NCBI GenBank assembly: GCA_043228905.1
Contig: JBHGNT010000021.1
Span: forward strand, 9,486,001-9,550,000
Origin: Azolla caroliniana
Taxonomy: Eukaryota > Plantae > Polypodiophyta
Length of the DNA: 64,000 nucleotides
Direction of reading: 5' to 3'
Shown here piece after piece: positions 25,334-38,862 of this stretch; position 1 is the stretch's first letter, and each line of letters begins with the position of its first letter. A model generated the notes under the pieces. The model was not told the DNA's origin, ran no database searches, and saw nothing but the letters and a program-made list of their open reading frames with translations. Position numbers and translations under genes: made by a program.

Positions 25334-26399
25334 CATAGTACGTAAAATTCGTGTTCGTCTGCCATATCATTCGTTTTCATACGTTGGAAAACGAACACGA
25401 ATGATATGCAAATATTTGTGTGTTTTTTTTTTTCATTTTTTTCATTTTTTTTTTCATTTTTTTTCATTTTTTTTTCAATTTTTTTCAATTTTTCCCTCTT
25501 TTCTCCCTTTTCCTCTGCACTAACGTTACGCTCTCTTCTCCTCTACAACCTAGCCTCAAACGATTTGCGATTCTGCAGAGTGCATTCAACCTTCAGGTAT
25601 ATTTAGTGTAGAAATATGGTTTTAATTTCAGTGATGAAATTTCTGTGCTGAAAAATCAGAATCTTCTGTGCTAAAAAATCAGAAATTTCATCACAGAAAT
25701 TTCTGTGATGAAATTTCATCAACGAAATTTCAGTGATGATTGAAATTTCTAAAATTTCAATCAAATTTTCTGAAATTTCAATCATCACTGAAATTTCAGA
25801 AATTTTGATTGAAATTTCTGAAATTTCTGTGATGAAATTTCATCTTTCAGAAATTTCTGTGATGAAATTTCATCTTTCAGAAATTTCGTGATGAAATTTC
25901 ATCACAGAAATTTCAGAAATTTCACGATGAAATTTTGATTGAAATTTCAGAAATTTTGATTGAAATTTCATCTTTCAGAAATTGATGAACAAGAAGCACA
26001 AGAAGTTGATGAAAATGAGAGCCTCACCAATGTGATGTCTTATCTTGATGATAATGCACAAGATGAGGATGATGATTTTGAAGATGATGATATCACCTTG
26101 AATGAAGATTAGGAATGCTCGTTTTGATGTAACACCTCATTGAGGATTTTTTTGGAGACTAGGCATTTTGGGTAGTTGTTATTAGAATTTACGAAAAAAA
26201 GCATATTGTTATTAAGAAGGTAATATGTTTTTTTTTGCAATTTTTTAAATTTTTTTTCCGTGAAAAAATGTTTACCTTATAGTAAACCATTTATCCAAAA
26301 GTATGGTATTTATCATTCTTCGAGAGTGTTTATCATTCTCGAATGATTGAATCATTCTCGAACACGAATGCACGAATGGTACGCATGGTTCATACTATG
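25334..26399 (+). mobile_element. Non-autonomous hAT transposon with 8-bp TSD
   Basis: TSD CATGAGAT (25326-25333, 26400-26407); TIR CATAGTACG / CATACTATG; ACGAAT subterminal repeats. Acidic ORF tail IDEQEAQEVDE...DDDITLNED* (25981-26112) is consistent with a transposase C-terminus. Confidence 0.88.
25624..25982. repeat. Palindromic minisatellite built from GAAATTTC units
   Basis: Many GAAATTTC/GAAATTTT octamers with CAGA/TCTG and TGATG/CATCA flanks in both orientations. Confidence 0.9.
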
Positions 26400-26759
26400 C
26401 ATGAGATCATGGAAGTACAAAAAGATGAGTTCGTGGTAGGCACACCCATAACCACTAGATTGAAGCCTCTATAGAGAGAGGAGTTAAAATAAGATAAATC
26501 CAATGGAATTGAGGAGGTCAATGTGATTACAAAGGAAATAGACAAAAGCAAGAAAGTAGAGAGTGAAAAATATGTTAGGGTCTCCTCACCACTGCAAGCA
26601 TTCCCGGAGACCTGCCAGAAAACACTAACTCTTGAGACTTGGATGTAATGAGGAGGAACGGTTGAGTTGATAGAAAGAAGTCAATCAACAAAACATTGGG
26701 CCCAAGCCAAAGTAAGACCCAAACGAAGGGAGGTGATGGCGAGAAAACAATTTAATATA

Positions 26760-27360
26760 CATATTTGTCAAAATCTTATTCTAACCCTAATTGTATATCA
26801 AAAATATTTGTTTTGCATATCTGATTGTAACCTTAATTGACGTTATGTTAACCCTACTCTGAATCTTAAGAAAATAATAAATCAACCTTAAGTGTACATT
26901 TACTAACCCTAATAACATTTCAACCCTAAATTTACATGCTTATATAACCCTAAATGTACATGTTTATATTATTCTAACCATAAATAATTGTATTTTAGCC
27001 CTAATCAAAACCATTATCTAATCTTACTTGGTTGACTATGAATGCTTGTAATAGATAAGGCTTAAAAGGATGTTATATGTTAAAGATTAATTTATATACG
27101 ACAAATCTTATTCTAACCATAACTATGTATGTGTCAAAATCTTATTCTCACCGTAAATGTAAATACAACATAGTTAAACTGTGTATCTAATTCTAACCCT
27201 CACTAACACATTAAGTTAACTCTACTCTGAACCCTAATCAAGTTTGGCAAGTAATTTATAGTCAAGCTTAAATGTATTCCATTAACCATAATTGTATACA
27301 TATATGATTCTATCCTTGATTGCTTCTATGTTAACCCTAATCGAAATCTTAATCAATGCT
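26760..27360. repeat. Degenerate AT-rich repeat with dispersed TAACCCTAA motifs
   Basis: Recurring (TTC)TAACCCTAA(TTGTA) every ~30-60 bp; not a tandem telomeric array. Confidence 0.6.
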
Positions 27361-27524
27361 TACATGGTTGAAGTGACTTTCATGACATCCTTTTGAAAAA
27401 CTCCAATGACTTTGCTCTAATCATCAAGAAAGCACAACCTCTAAGTTGTTCATTTTTTTAAAAAAGGTAACATATGTAGTGATAACTACCTCGATGAAGA
27501 GGCAATAAGGTCCTTTTGAAAACT

Positions 27525-28466
27525 AAGTAATGATGGTGTAGGGGTTGAAGCATATTATCATGAGGAGGTGAGGGAACGTCTTTTTAGACTTGTTTGTTGT
27601 TGTCAGTACAGGATTTTGGTGGTAATTGGTGAGATGGCAAGACTATTGATGTAAGACGATTTTCGCAGTAATCTATGAGATGGTTGGTGCAGATAATGAA
27701 GCATATTTTTTAGTTTAGATAAGGATGAGTGATGATGTTGGCGGGGGTTGAAGCAAATTTTTATGAGAGGTAGAAAGTACACTCATGTTGTTTTTGTAGG
27801 TACAAGATTTTGGTGATAATCGGTGACAACGAGATGGTTGATGTGGACTTGAGGAAGCTGATTTTCTGTTTTTTGATCAAGATGACTAATGACGGTGTGA
27901 AGCATATTATCATGAGGTGGTGAGGAAAAGTTTTTTTTACACTCATTGTTGTTGTCACTATAGGATTTTGGTGGTAATCGGCGAGATGGTGAGACTATTG
28001 ATGTAAGACGATTTTCGTGGTAATCTCTGAGATGATTGATGCGAACAATGAAGCATATTTTTAGTTTAGATAAGGATGAGTGATGATTTTGACAAGGATT
28101 GAAGCATATTTTCATGATGAGAGGTGGAGAGTACACTCATGTTGTTTTTGTAGGTACAAGATTTTGGTGATAATCGGCGACAGAGATGGTTGATGTGGAC
28201 TTGAGGAAGCTGATTCTTGTTTTTTTATCAGGATGAGTGATGATGGTGTGGGGTTTGAAGCATATTATCATGAGAAAGTGAGGAAAAGTTTTTTTAGACT
28301 CATTTGTTGTTGTCAATACGGGATTTTGGTCGTAATCTGCGAGCTGGCGAGACTATTGATGGACAAGATTTTGGTGATAATCGGCGACATTGAGATGGTT
28401 GATGTGGACTTGAGGAAGCTTATTTCCTGTTTTTTTATCAGTATGAGTGATGATGGTGTGGGGGTT
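27525..28466. repeat. Satellite-like tandem array: ~180-bp related monomers in ~355-bp dimers
   Basis: GATGA(G)TGATGATGGTGT..GGTTGAAGCATATT recurs at ~27530, 27725, 27885, 28075, 28232 and 28443; alternating A/B monomers. Confidence 0.85.
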
Positions 28467-28830
28467 GGTTATCTAAATCAGATTTTTGCGGAGGGAGAGT
28501 GATTGCATTTCCTTCATTGGAACTTCCAAAAGTTTGCAAAAAGAAAGAAAAAATTGTATTGATAGCTTCGATCGGAAAAATGTTGCTCAATATGCTTATG
28601 CTGCCTTAGGTCATCAGTTATTCTCCTTAGGCCTGTCAGATATTCCCAAGGATTGATTCATACAACAGTATAGCCGATGCTTTGATGGATATGTATCAAA
28701 ATATGGGAGATGCATTGGCATCACAATATGGTGGGTCTACTACTCATAATATTGTTTTTCTTGAGAGATATGGAAGGGAAACTCTCACTTTGGGAGCTGG
28801 ATTTTAATTATTCCTTACATGTTGGGAGTA
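28464..28830 (+). pseudogene. Captured fragments of a SAC1-5/FIG4-type phosphoinositide phosphatase gene
   Basis: VGYLNQIFAEGE*LHFLHWNFQKFAK; NCIDSFDRKNVAQYAY..ALGHQL..LGLSD...ADALMDMYQNMGDALASQYGGS..HN.VF.ER; EGKLSLWELDFNYSLHVG. These match the recalled plant SAC1 motifs CIDCLDRTNVAQYAYG, MGDALAQQYGGSAAHN and EGKPALWELDSDYYLHV. Confidence 0.85.
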
Positions 28831-29999
28831 ATGGTGATGATTCTCACATGCATATGATGCTTGGTATAAGAAGTATATTTTGTTTTGGAAATAAATAAAT
28901 AAATAAAATTGTAAGCTTCTAGGCAAACAAACTCAAGTTGTAGCCTTCGGGTTGTTTTTCGTTAATACTACTAAAGAAAATCTTTGAAGGAAAAAGAAAG
29001 GTTCTTTTGAAAACCAATTGTAGTGGTGATTTGCAGGCTTTCTTGTTGACACAAGGAGACATTCTATATGGTGAGACCAATGCTCCATATGTTTGATGTT
29101 CGATGAAAACATTGAGGATGATGAGGGTGAGTATTGATATTAAAGGCCCAAACATGAATACACAGAACCTCGTGTTCCACAGTTGTGTGTACCCAATTTC
29201 AAATATTTGGGCATTCCCCAAATTTACTCCATGTAATAAATTATATGTACTATTAAAACCCACCCAATAAAGAAACAACAAAAACAATAGCTAATTAGCT
29301 ATTGCCTTCTAAACTATATATTAGCTTGGTACGAAGAGGTCGGGGGTCTCTTTACCTTGTTTTATCACATTTGGAAATATTTAAGACAATGTTTCCACTC
29401 CCATGCTTTCACCCCATTGTGTTAAAGACATTCACTTTACCTTTGTCGCCATGAGTGTTCTTGAAGATAAACTTGATGTTTGTAGTTTTGTTGTTGTGCC
29501 TTTGTTCTACATTTTGATTATATCCTAGTCTTTTGTAGAAGTTGTGATAAGGACCTTTTCGTGTTGGAAGTTTGATGGTTTGTTTGTTGTTTGAGTGATT
29601 CTTATTTTGATTTTGATTGTATACTTTTGATTTATTGGGTCTCTACCTATTGTACTAGTTTGGTTTGTTTATTTGTGTTGAAATTTCCTAGTTATTGTTT
29701 GGGTTGAGAGATTTGTGTATAGTTGAAGGGTATGTTGCTAATGAAAACATCAATGTCTTGTATACATAATGCTATCATTGTTTTTGTAAATGGCCTCTAG
29801 ATTGGTGGCAAGGCACCTGCGAGTAATACTTCTTGTTGGTTTGAGTGGCTATCAAGGTGCACCAATTGATCAACATCTTCTTCTTCTCAAAGATTAAGGT
29901 TGATCAAACATTTAATGTGTGCTACTTAAGTCAAGTATGTGTGCGGGTGTAATGAGTGTAAGTTTTCTTTTCAATGAACAAACTTGCTTACCTAATATG

Positions 30000-30677
30000 T
30001 GTTACTCTCCGAGAAAATATAGGTCAAATACCCAATCACTGGATACCCTTCATCAAAGGTAGTCATGGGAGCCATGGATGAGATTAGACTCCAAATTACT
30101 TAACTATTCAAATCGGCTAGATAGATTCGGTTATGCCTAAATCGACTATAGTTAAATCTACATTCTTAATTCAGTTGTAGTTGATTCAACTACATCTGAA
30201 TCGAATATTACAACACAACTCTCAATCAAATTACTAAAAAAAATTATAACACAAATAGATATGAACAATGGCCCACAATGATACTATATATCCACAATCT
30301 ATATCTATTAAGAGCTTATACACAATATACAACATACTATGGTACAACGCATGCCCCTTCTTTATATAGGTGAAACATGATAGGTTGCAATACCCTTTTG
30401 GCACATCCCTCCGGATCAGAAAATATAATGTCTTTTGGCATCTCATTAAACATAACTATTCGTATCTAACAACGTTTTCATATCTAATCTATTTCCTATT
30501 ATAATATTTAGCTCTTATATTTTTCTAGTTTCAGCTTCACATTAGTTCGGCTTTTGGTCTTCACACCTAATACAGCTTTCAACTATTTGGCTACACGGAC
30601 ATCCTTCAACCTTTTGGCTCTTTCGACTACGGCTTCACTCTAACCCCTTTGCCGGTTCTAACCCCTTATGGGTAACA
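30000..30677. mobile_element. Solo LTR with 5-bp TSD
   Basis: TGTTACTC...GGGTAACA termini; TSD ATATG at 29995-29999 and 30678-30682. Confidence 0.85.
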
Positions 30678-33600
30678 ATATGTTCATAACTATTTCCCTT
30701 TGGGCTTCTTGAACTTGTTTCCAAAATGTCAGGTTAGGATCATCTAGAGAAGGTTTCAACACTTTTGTCAAACGTAGTGCCCCATAATTGAAGACAACAA
30801 AGGTACATTCTCATTTGCATTTGCAATGATTAATAATTATGGAATGTTGGTTAAGATATATGTTGGATTCAGTTACATCATCAATCTTTTGATTTGCATG
30901 AATCAAGAGAATGTTTTATTTCATAGACAAAGCTTTGATGGGTTCTTAATATCGTCTAGTATTTTTAGTAACTAAACATACAAGGTTCTCCTTTTCATAA
31001 ACACTTCAACAGTATCTTGCCTCAAGTGATATGCATTGAAGTGTGTATATGATGTTCAACATGGCCTTAATCTTCGTCAATGTAAGGATGCTTGATGTTT
31101 ATCTACTTTCTTTTTTTTATCCTCTAAAGAATGTGCATCACTACATATTGACAAAGTGAGAAATTGGGGCATGCATATATATGTGATGCCTTCAATTTGT
31201 ACTACCTTTTCCTTGTTATATCATCTTTGCCCACTTGCATCAGCATAATACATTACAATGTCCAATAAACAAAGGCATATCAATCAACAAATATACATAT
31301 ACAAGACAAAAAATAAATGAAAATCCAAAAGTTTCAATTTAAAAACATATGTATTATTTCACAAAAGCAAATTATTTTAAAACTTTAAAACAATTGTCAT
31401 GTCAAACTTTTACGTGGCTAAACACAACCTTTAGCAAGATACATAAGTGAAGCATGTATTGACAGACATGGCAACATGTTTTCAAGTTGTTGTGTCCATG
31501 TTTTGTGATGATGCCTTGTTTGTCTAGAACCTTAACCTATTGTTAAACGTTTTCAATCCCTAGGGTGTAGAAAGTTAATTTGTAAAGCCATTTTCTTAGA
31601 AGCAAACAATAGGGCTGCATGATCTCCACATAGAAATATGAAGTTTTCTTTGTTAATAAATGAATGGCAATATCATTTTTCTATGCTTTGATTCATGACT
31701 GTGTATGCTTACAAAGGACAAGTGTCACTAAAACGCGTTATGTTCTATATTTAAGCTAAATTTGTTTTAATAATGCAACCTAAATTAATAAACATTAATT
31801 CGTTAGATCGAACTATTCTGGATCTATGAAGTCCTTTATATTGCATACATAGAAGACAAACATTGTGCTTTAGCATGTAATATCTTATTATTATTTTTAC
31901 CATTGCCTAGTGAAGGTAATGTAATCATTTTCAAACCCGAGTTATGGAAAGTGAGATTGTAAACTCATATTTTAAATCGACATTATTTGTTTGCATGCTT
32001 TTAGGATGAACAACATCATAAAAGAACGGTCAAACATGTGAAATGTATGTGATCCAATAATAGATGTATTGTGTTTGAACCATGACCTCAAGTCTATAAC
32101 TCTTTTTGTGGTGCATTACATCTAAAACCATCACCAAAAAAATATAAAGGATGCATTCCTCCACTTAAAACTACTTCATCAAGTTAAATGTTAATTTATT
32201 GATCAATATCCACAAATACACTTTCATTTGCACACTATGAGTGTTTCTGTATGTTTGTGTGTGCACACACGCCCATGCGCATGCGTGTCTAATGTGCAAA
32301 TAGTCATGCAATGATTAATGGTATGTTTTTTTTTGCATGTAATGTTCAGCTTCCCTTTATTCTTCTTTGTCCTACTTCACTTTTAGATTCTAGAATTGAA
32401 TCTTTAAGTATTATCCACCCTATTCTCTTCTCCATCATGATTCCTCTATTCACCCAGTTTTTAAGTCTTATCTTTGCTTCACGTTTAGATAACACGTGAG
32501 TTGAACTGAAGCTCTAAGCCACATAAAATGCTTTCTTGCTTCATGTTGTAAGAAAATTGATGACACATTTAGATACTTTTCAGAGTGCGGTCCTAAATTT
32601 TCTAATAAGTTCTTGAACATACCTCTTAATCCCAAGACAAACACACACACTCATGCACTCTTTTAGCTACATTGCCTAGTGTGAAACATCCATGGCCAAT
32701 TTAGGTCATACAATGTACAGTGTATGCCACGTGGATGGTCTTCAAAAATTAAGTTTAGAGTTTTGACCCCTAGTTGGAAGAGTCCATACAATATAAGTAT
32801 TTAAAGGTTGTTCAAATTCGCCTCTTATCTCTTGCTCAAACATTGGTTGATTCCTTTCTTAGATTCTTCTTGTTCCACACTCTCATTTGAGAGTGGGAAT
32901 GCTCGAATTCCCAAAGGCCAAGGGTTTTTTAGTCATATTTGAACATTTAAAAATGGTTATGGATTCATAACTAGATTTAGCTATATAATTTGGTAATCTT
33001 ATTCGTGAGTAAATTCACCCCCAATTTAATAATAAAAATATTATCAATGAATGGGTGGAATTATGCCAAAGAAATATTCTCAATACGTATAGATTTGATT
33101 TTATCAATACCAATTTTATCAAATTTTTTATCTGAAATTTAAGCTCAATATCAATGTATGAACTATTTGCATGTTACCTTTCCAAATTGTCGTGATAGAG
33201 ACTTTTTCTGTCTTAATTTACTATAATATAATTGTGTATATAATGTTGATGAAATAAGAAAGGAAGAATTACGAAAATAGGCTTTATTGGTGATATTTAT
33301 CGATGATAGATTGCATTGGAAATGTGTGGTAAACACACTTTAGCATCCCAAAAATTATTGCTTTGCATGGTATTTGGAAAGTAACGCTATTTGGAAAGGA
33401 AGATTCAACAAATTCCTTTTGGTGGATTCACGTGTTTGGCCCAATATTGACAAAGCTAATTGAAATGAAGGCAAGGTAGAACAATTAGAAAAAGGTACCC
33501 TGCCTACATGATGCAATAATTGATTGGTAAGCAATGAAGTTGGGGGAGATGGTCGAAGATGTGATTTCTCATGGTCACTCACACATTCAATCAAAACCTT

Positions 33601-36600
33601 CTTGATGCGGGCCAATGCTCAAAAAAGCATCAAATCAATGCAATGTGACGACTTTCCTAGCTATGATTCTCTACACACATATGAAATGTATTGTTCCTTA
33701 CATTTTTGTCAAGGAATCGTACATAGATTTTGGCATATTCACTTTCTATGTATATCCCAGAAAGTGGAATGATGTGGTCCATGTCTATCGCGAACACAAG
33801 AATCGTGATGTCTCAAAGTGTGGTAATTCGCATCCATTCATTTTGGTTGCTGATAATCTCGTCAGGGAGAAAACTACAAGTAACGGGTTATTCTCCTGTA
33901 TATATAGATAGATAGATAGTAATATAGCACCAAGTTTTGGCCAATGAAATATAATATTATTCTCCTTGCCAAAAATTCCGGCTGCATATTCTTTTGTTTC
34001 ACCGAAAATGCCAAAACTCAAACGGCAAAACTCCCCATCATTCATTTTCCATTTGAGAGGGGGGATATGGTCATGCCCCAACCCTTCCCTCCCCTTCATT
34101 CATTCATTCTTTTTTTGCTTTTCCTTCTTCTTAAGGCCCTAATGTGAAAGAGCTATTTATTTCTCTCTCTCTCTCTCTATATATATATATTTATTTATTT
34201 ATATATAATATAATATATATATATATATATAATAAGTCTCACACGTTTAGAAATTGTAGAGAGTGTGTGTCGACAACACTTAGAAGAGAGGAGGGCTTAC
34301 TAACTTTAACTCTACTTTTGGGCGGGGCCGGATGCCATAGTCAACGGTACTGACGTCAGCATCACCGTCCGCTACTTCCGTACGGAATCAGTTCCCGATA
34401 TAAAAATAAAAATAAAAAATAATAGCGAGGAATGAGTCCACCACCGAATAAAAAGGACTGCTCAATTCCCTTCCTTCCTTTTTATTTTTCTTCCATATTA
34501 TTTTACGCGTAAGCATATCCCCATACACACACACACTCAAGATGCAAATGAATAATATATCTGAAATTTCCTTCCTTTTTTAATTTTTTTATTATTATCA
34601 AATAATAGACACACACACATAATTGCAAACAATCTCCTAGGACCTTCCTAATTTGGTGCAATCCTTTGTTATCATAAAGAATATCTTGGAGCTAATTTAT
34701 CAGTTTCCTATTTTCTTCTTCGTTTCCAATGGCTCGTCTCAACATGCTTGTGTGGAGTAGTATTGTTCGATTATTGTACCTCGGAGAGGGCATAGTTGTG
34801 TTTTCCTCGAGCCTTAAGCACGAGATCCACAAATCCTCAAGTTTGAGCTCCCTCTTTATAGGCACCTTCATATTTGGCAACTTCCTGCTACGTATAACTT
34901 CTCCTTTGGCTTCTATGCTTCAAGTAAAATGTCCCTATCTGGTGACCATTGTCTCGTCTACCACCCTCTTCAAAAAGCAAACCATTTTTATCAATGCCAT
35001 AACTTGATTGAGCCATTACAAGTAGTTTACTCATGTCCTTGAACAATTGAACTTTTCAATGTGTACTATAGTGTACATAGAAAGAAAGAAAGAAATATTA
35101 GAGCTAGCTCGTAATATCTCGTTTGAATCGATCTTAAAACATGTTGTTTATAATGAAGCGATTATATGGAATTTTACGCATATATGCTTTATGCTATTGG
35201 TTTATTTGCTTATAATTTGCCTTGTGTCTAGTCACTCTTGACCTTTATGACATTTCAAATTCAAAACACAACATAGAAATATGTTAGAATACACATAACA
35301 CTCGATAGAGAGAGAAAAGATGCTCATGAACTAATGGCATGTGTTGGCAAAACATGTGAGAAATTATTGAGCATTGAACGTTCAATATATACAAGTCTAA
35401 ACACTCTTCAGAAAAACACAAATGTTAATACTTAATTTAGATCCCAATATTCACATTAATATCACGATATATAAATGAACAAGATGAAAAACCACCTCAC
35501 CTTGCTTGCCCAAGGATTGGATCTGACAACGAAAAAGCCTTAGTAATTTTATTAAGGGAACCGAGAGAGTGAAAAAAATTCAATAAATAATAGAAATCCA
35601 TTGGACATATTATCATTTACCAAATTCTCTCACTCTCCTAGTGTGCTTTAAGGAACATTTCCCTCGGAATGAATATGTTGGAAAGTTAAAAAAAAGTTCA
35701 TCCAAGAAAAATGAATGAATGGATATCATCATGCAAGAGAGAATAAAAAAACATAAACTAAAATCCCGATTTTAGAGTTATGTTATACGTAGGAATATGC
35801 ACTCTTACCGATTGAGCAAAGCCATATAGAAAAAGTAAGCACGGGTTGGCTACCAAGGAATCATAGACATAAATAAAGGAATTGAAGGATAAGGATGCAT
35901 GAGAATTCGTGCATACTTATGAGCTAAAGTGAAAAATGAAGAACAAGGGCTATCCGGTATGTGCATTGAGTGGGGGCACCTTTTGATGGCAAGACTAGAT
36001 CTCAAGGACCCTATGGAAGGCCAACAAGGAAGAGTGAAAGGAGATGGACAACAAAGGGGTTGAAGGCACGACCTCTTGTGTTGCTTGATTAGTCATAATC
36101 ACAATACAAAATGTATCAAAGTGGCTTATATTTGTGTCCATTGAGAAAAAAAAAAGTGTGTTTGGTTTGTGGTGTTGGAGTTATCTATCAAGAGAGGTGT
36201 ATATTCAAAGGTTGTGCACATCATACTGGGTCAGCAAAAGTGTGTACGCACATGTGTGGGAGAACCTTAAGAAGCTCCGCAACAAGATATTTGTTTGGTC
36301 ACTATGGGGTGACAATTGGACCACAAGCATTAAGTTGTTCTCTAGGGGGGCACACCAACTAAGAAAATAAAGTATTGGCTTAGTTTAATGCTTTGCACTT
36401 ATAAGAATGCTAAGCTCAAATAAGTATTTCATTTACAAGTACGAACCAATTTCCAAGAGGACACAATCTGGTAAGTAATTCTACATGTTTGATACACTCA
36501 TGATGATGAGGATGCTGTGAGAAAAATTGGCATGTGAAGAATCTATACATAAAGATGGAAGAGAAGTAATAATGAAAGCTTTGTGTGTGTAAGAAAAGGA

Positions 36601-37280
36601 TAATAGACAAATACAGCCAACACCCTCTTCAATTGTATCGATTTCTTGTCGAGACCCTTAAGTGTTTGCCAACCAACACATATAAGGACATATTTAATAC
36701 AGTTGGAATAACCAACCTATTATTCAATGCACCTCAAACGTGAGATATTTGCAACTGAAACCGATGGGGCAAAGTCCATTTGTATGAACAAGATATTCAC
36801 AATGTGTTTCATACCCATTTCTTCACATTTTTTAACTCGAGAGATATCCTCTCACTACATCAATCTATTATGATAGTTCGACAGTTGTGAGTGTTTTGCG
36901 TTTACAATTTCTATGTAGATAACAAATTATTCCAATTATATTCAAAAGCAAAATAATGTGTAAACATGTGAGTGTTTCAACCTTGGCTGTTACACATATG
37001 ATTGTACACTGCTGATAATTTTGAGTAAACATTATTTAGTATTACTTGCCTTTTCACCTTGTAGGATTGAGTAACAAAATACCTCCATCTATTTAGAGTG
37101 AATGCATTCTATTGAAATAATATAATCAAGACCCTCCTACCCCCCCCCTCTTTCCCATCCATGAATTTTCATCACTAGATTGTAGACATAACATTCTGTC
37201 AAAATTACCATTCATGATGACAAATTACAATAGTGTTTGGGATATTTAAATCATTGCTAAACTTGAATTTTGTCTTGCAA

Positions 37281-37376
37281 CATGAATTCGTTTGCAAAGC
37301 ACAAACAAATGATCCGATGCCTGGATGATCATGAGATGAAGACTTCCCTTAGGGATTAAAAAAGGATAACAAAACA
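37281..37376 (+). repeat. Dispersed ~100-bp repeat, also present twice in tandem at 44980-45240
   Basis: CGTTTGCAAAGCACAAA...GATGAAGACTTCC.T.AGGGATTAAAA shared among the copies. Confidence 0.75.
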
Positions 37377-37594
37377 CCGCGCTGAATTTTGGAAGAGTAG
37401 CTTAAAAGCATTCGATAGCTTGCTACATACAATAATGTGACTATAGAAGTGTAGCTTAAAAGCATTCATTAGCTTACTACATACAATAATATAGTCCCAA
37501 GGAGTTTTATTTTTGGTTATAGACTCATCATGCTCATATATACATATATTAATGATTGTGTAGTGGCAAACAATGTCACATTCCACACACCATG

Positions 37595-37717
37595 GTTTGA
37601 AGCTAGCATTGTTGGCACATAAATGTGCCCTCTCTACCTCTAAAACTTAGGTTCGATCCTTAACATGGGCTATCCCCCATCTCACAGATAGCAATAGATC
37701 TATCGTAAACATTAAAA

Positions 37718-37740
<23 letters not shown>
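37595..37740 (+). mobile_element. tRNA-derived SINE with (CT)n tail
   Basis: A-box-like TAGCATTGTTGG (37604-37615), perfect B-box GGTTCGATCC (37650-37659), 3' end ...GTAAACATTAAAATC(TC)n like the RTEX tails. Confidence 0.55.
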
Positions 37741-37761
<21 letters not shown>

Positions 37762-38402
37762 TCATTCTCTCTCTCTCTCTCTCTCAATGCCATTGTGGAA
37801 TCTAGGGGTTGACGTTAGACAACATTATCAACTGAGCTACATCCATTTGGGATGTCTCTCTCCATTCTAGATCACATAGCCGAATCATCCCCTTGGTCAC
37901 AATCCAAACTCTATTCACTTCAATACAATTGATGTGGCTCACATTCTCTTTGATGTGAGGTGAAGCAAGGAGTTGGGTGTTATCACGGGCAAAAAGACGC
38001 AGAAAGGCTATGCACATTGTGCCCTAAAAAAACGTCACACAAAAGTAGCCAAGATTGCGAATCCCCAATCCCATGTATTTTTGACCCTAGGCAATAATTA
38101 TATCCCTAGACAAGAATTCTCTCCCACTCAAGGGGTGTGCGCATGCATGGTCACGACCGAAGGAGTTTGGTCGGTGGAAGTCTCACGCATGTACATATAT
38201 ATTTATAACAAAAAGAAGAAGAAGAAGAAGAAGAAAACTAAGGACACGAGGGATAGAAGGAGGAGATAATTTTGATTTGGGGTGTGTGTCTCCACGAGAT
38301 GATGATGCGAGTGGTTGCAAGAGAGAGAGAGAGAGAGGCAGGAATCACGAGGGATTCACTATATGTATGTATACATATGTATATATGGTAACTACATACG
38401 TA

Positions 38403-38433
<31 letters not shown>

Positions 38434-38667
38434 TATTACACACATTACATACATATTACACATTATATATGTATGTATACATACATTTAAGTTTTAACTA
38501 ACAAAAGCACTAATATCAAACGGAAAAAATCAACACTACCAAGTCTTTTTAGTTTCCTCTTTTTATTGTGTATTATTGATTGATTTATTAATTTACCCAG
38601 TAGTAGTAGTCCGTCTTTCAGTCAGCCAGTCAGCCACTCCCCAAAAAATAAAACTAAAAACGGAGAA

Positions 38668-38711
<44 letters not shown>

Positions 38712-38831
38712 AGGCCATGACATACATAAATAGACAGAGAAATTATAGAACAGAGAAAAAAGCAAGGCACAAAACAAAACAAAATCAGAGCAGAGAACAG
38801 AGCAGAGAGCAGAGTAGTACACCCTACCCTA

Positions 38832-38862
<31 letters not shown>

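Larger units (their letters stand above)
24960..26750 (+). pseudogene. Degenerate acidic ORF remnant resembling the C-terminal extension of the gag-only element; interrupted by hAT
   Basis: E/K/D-rich frames, and motifs near 26620-26740 (ACTCTTGAGACTTGG; AAGACCCAAACGAAGGGAGGTGATGGCGAG) resembling the ETW/KTQE repeats of 647-2572. Confidence 0.35.

Noticed and set aside
26760-27360. Interstitial telomere
   Set aside because: AACCCTAA motifs are dispersed singly, not in tandem CCCTAAA arrays.
33340-34000. Coding-like stretch with several short ORFs
   Set aside because: No motif I can recognise in any frame; multiple stops.
34692-35050. Short ORFs with coding-like composition
   Set aside because: No identifiable homology or splice structure.
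36111-36362. Cys-rich ORF (CPLRKKKVCLVCG) suggestive of a transposase C-terminal zinc finger
   Set aside because: No recognisable catalytic domain or TIRs nearby; too degenerate to call.
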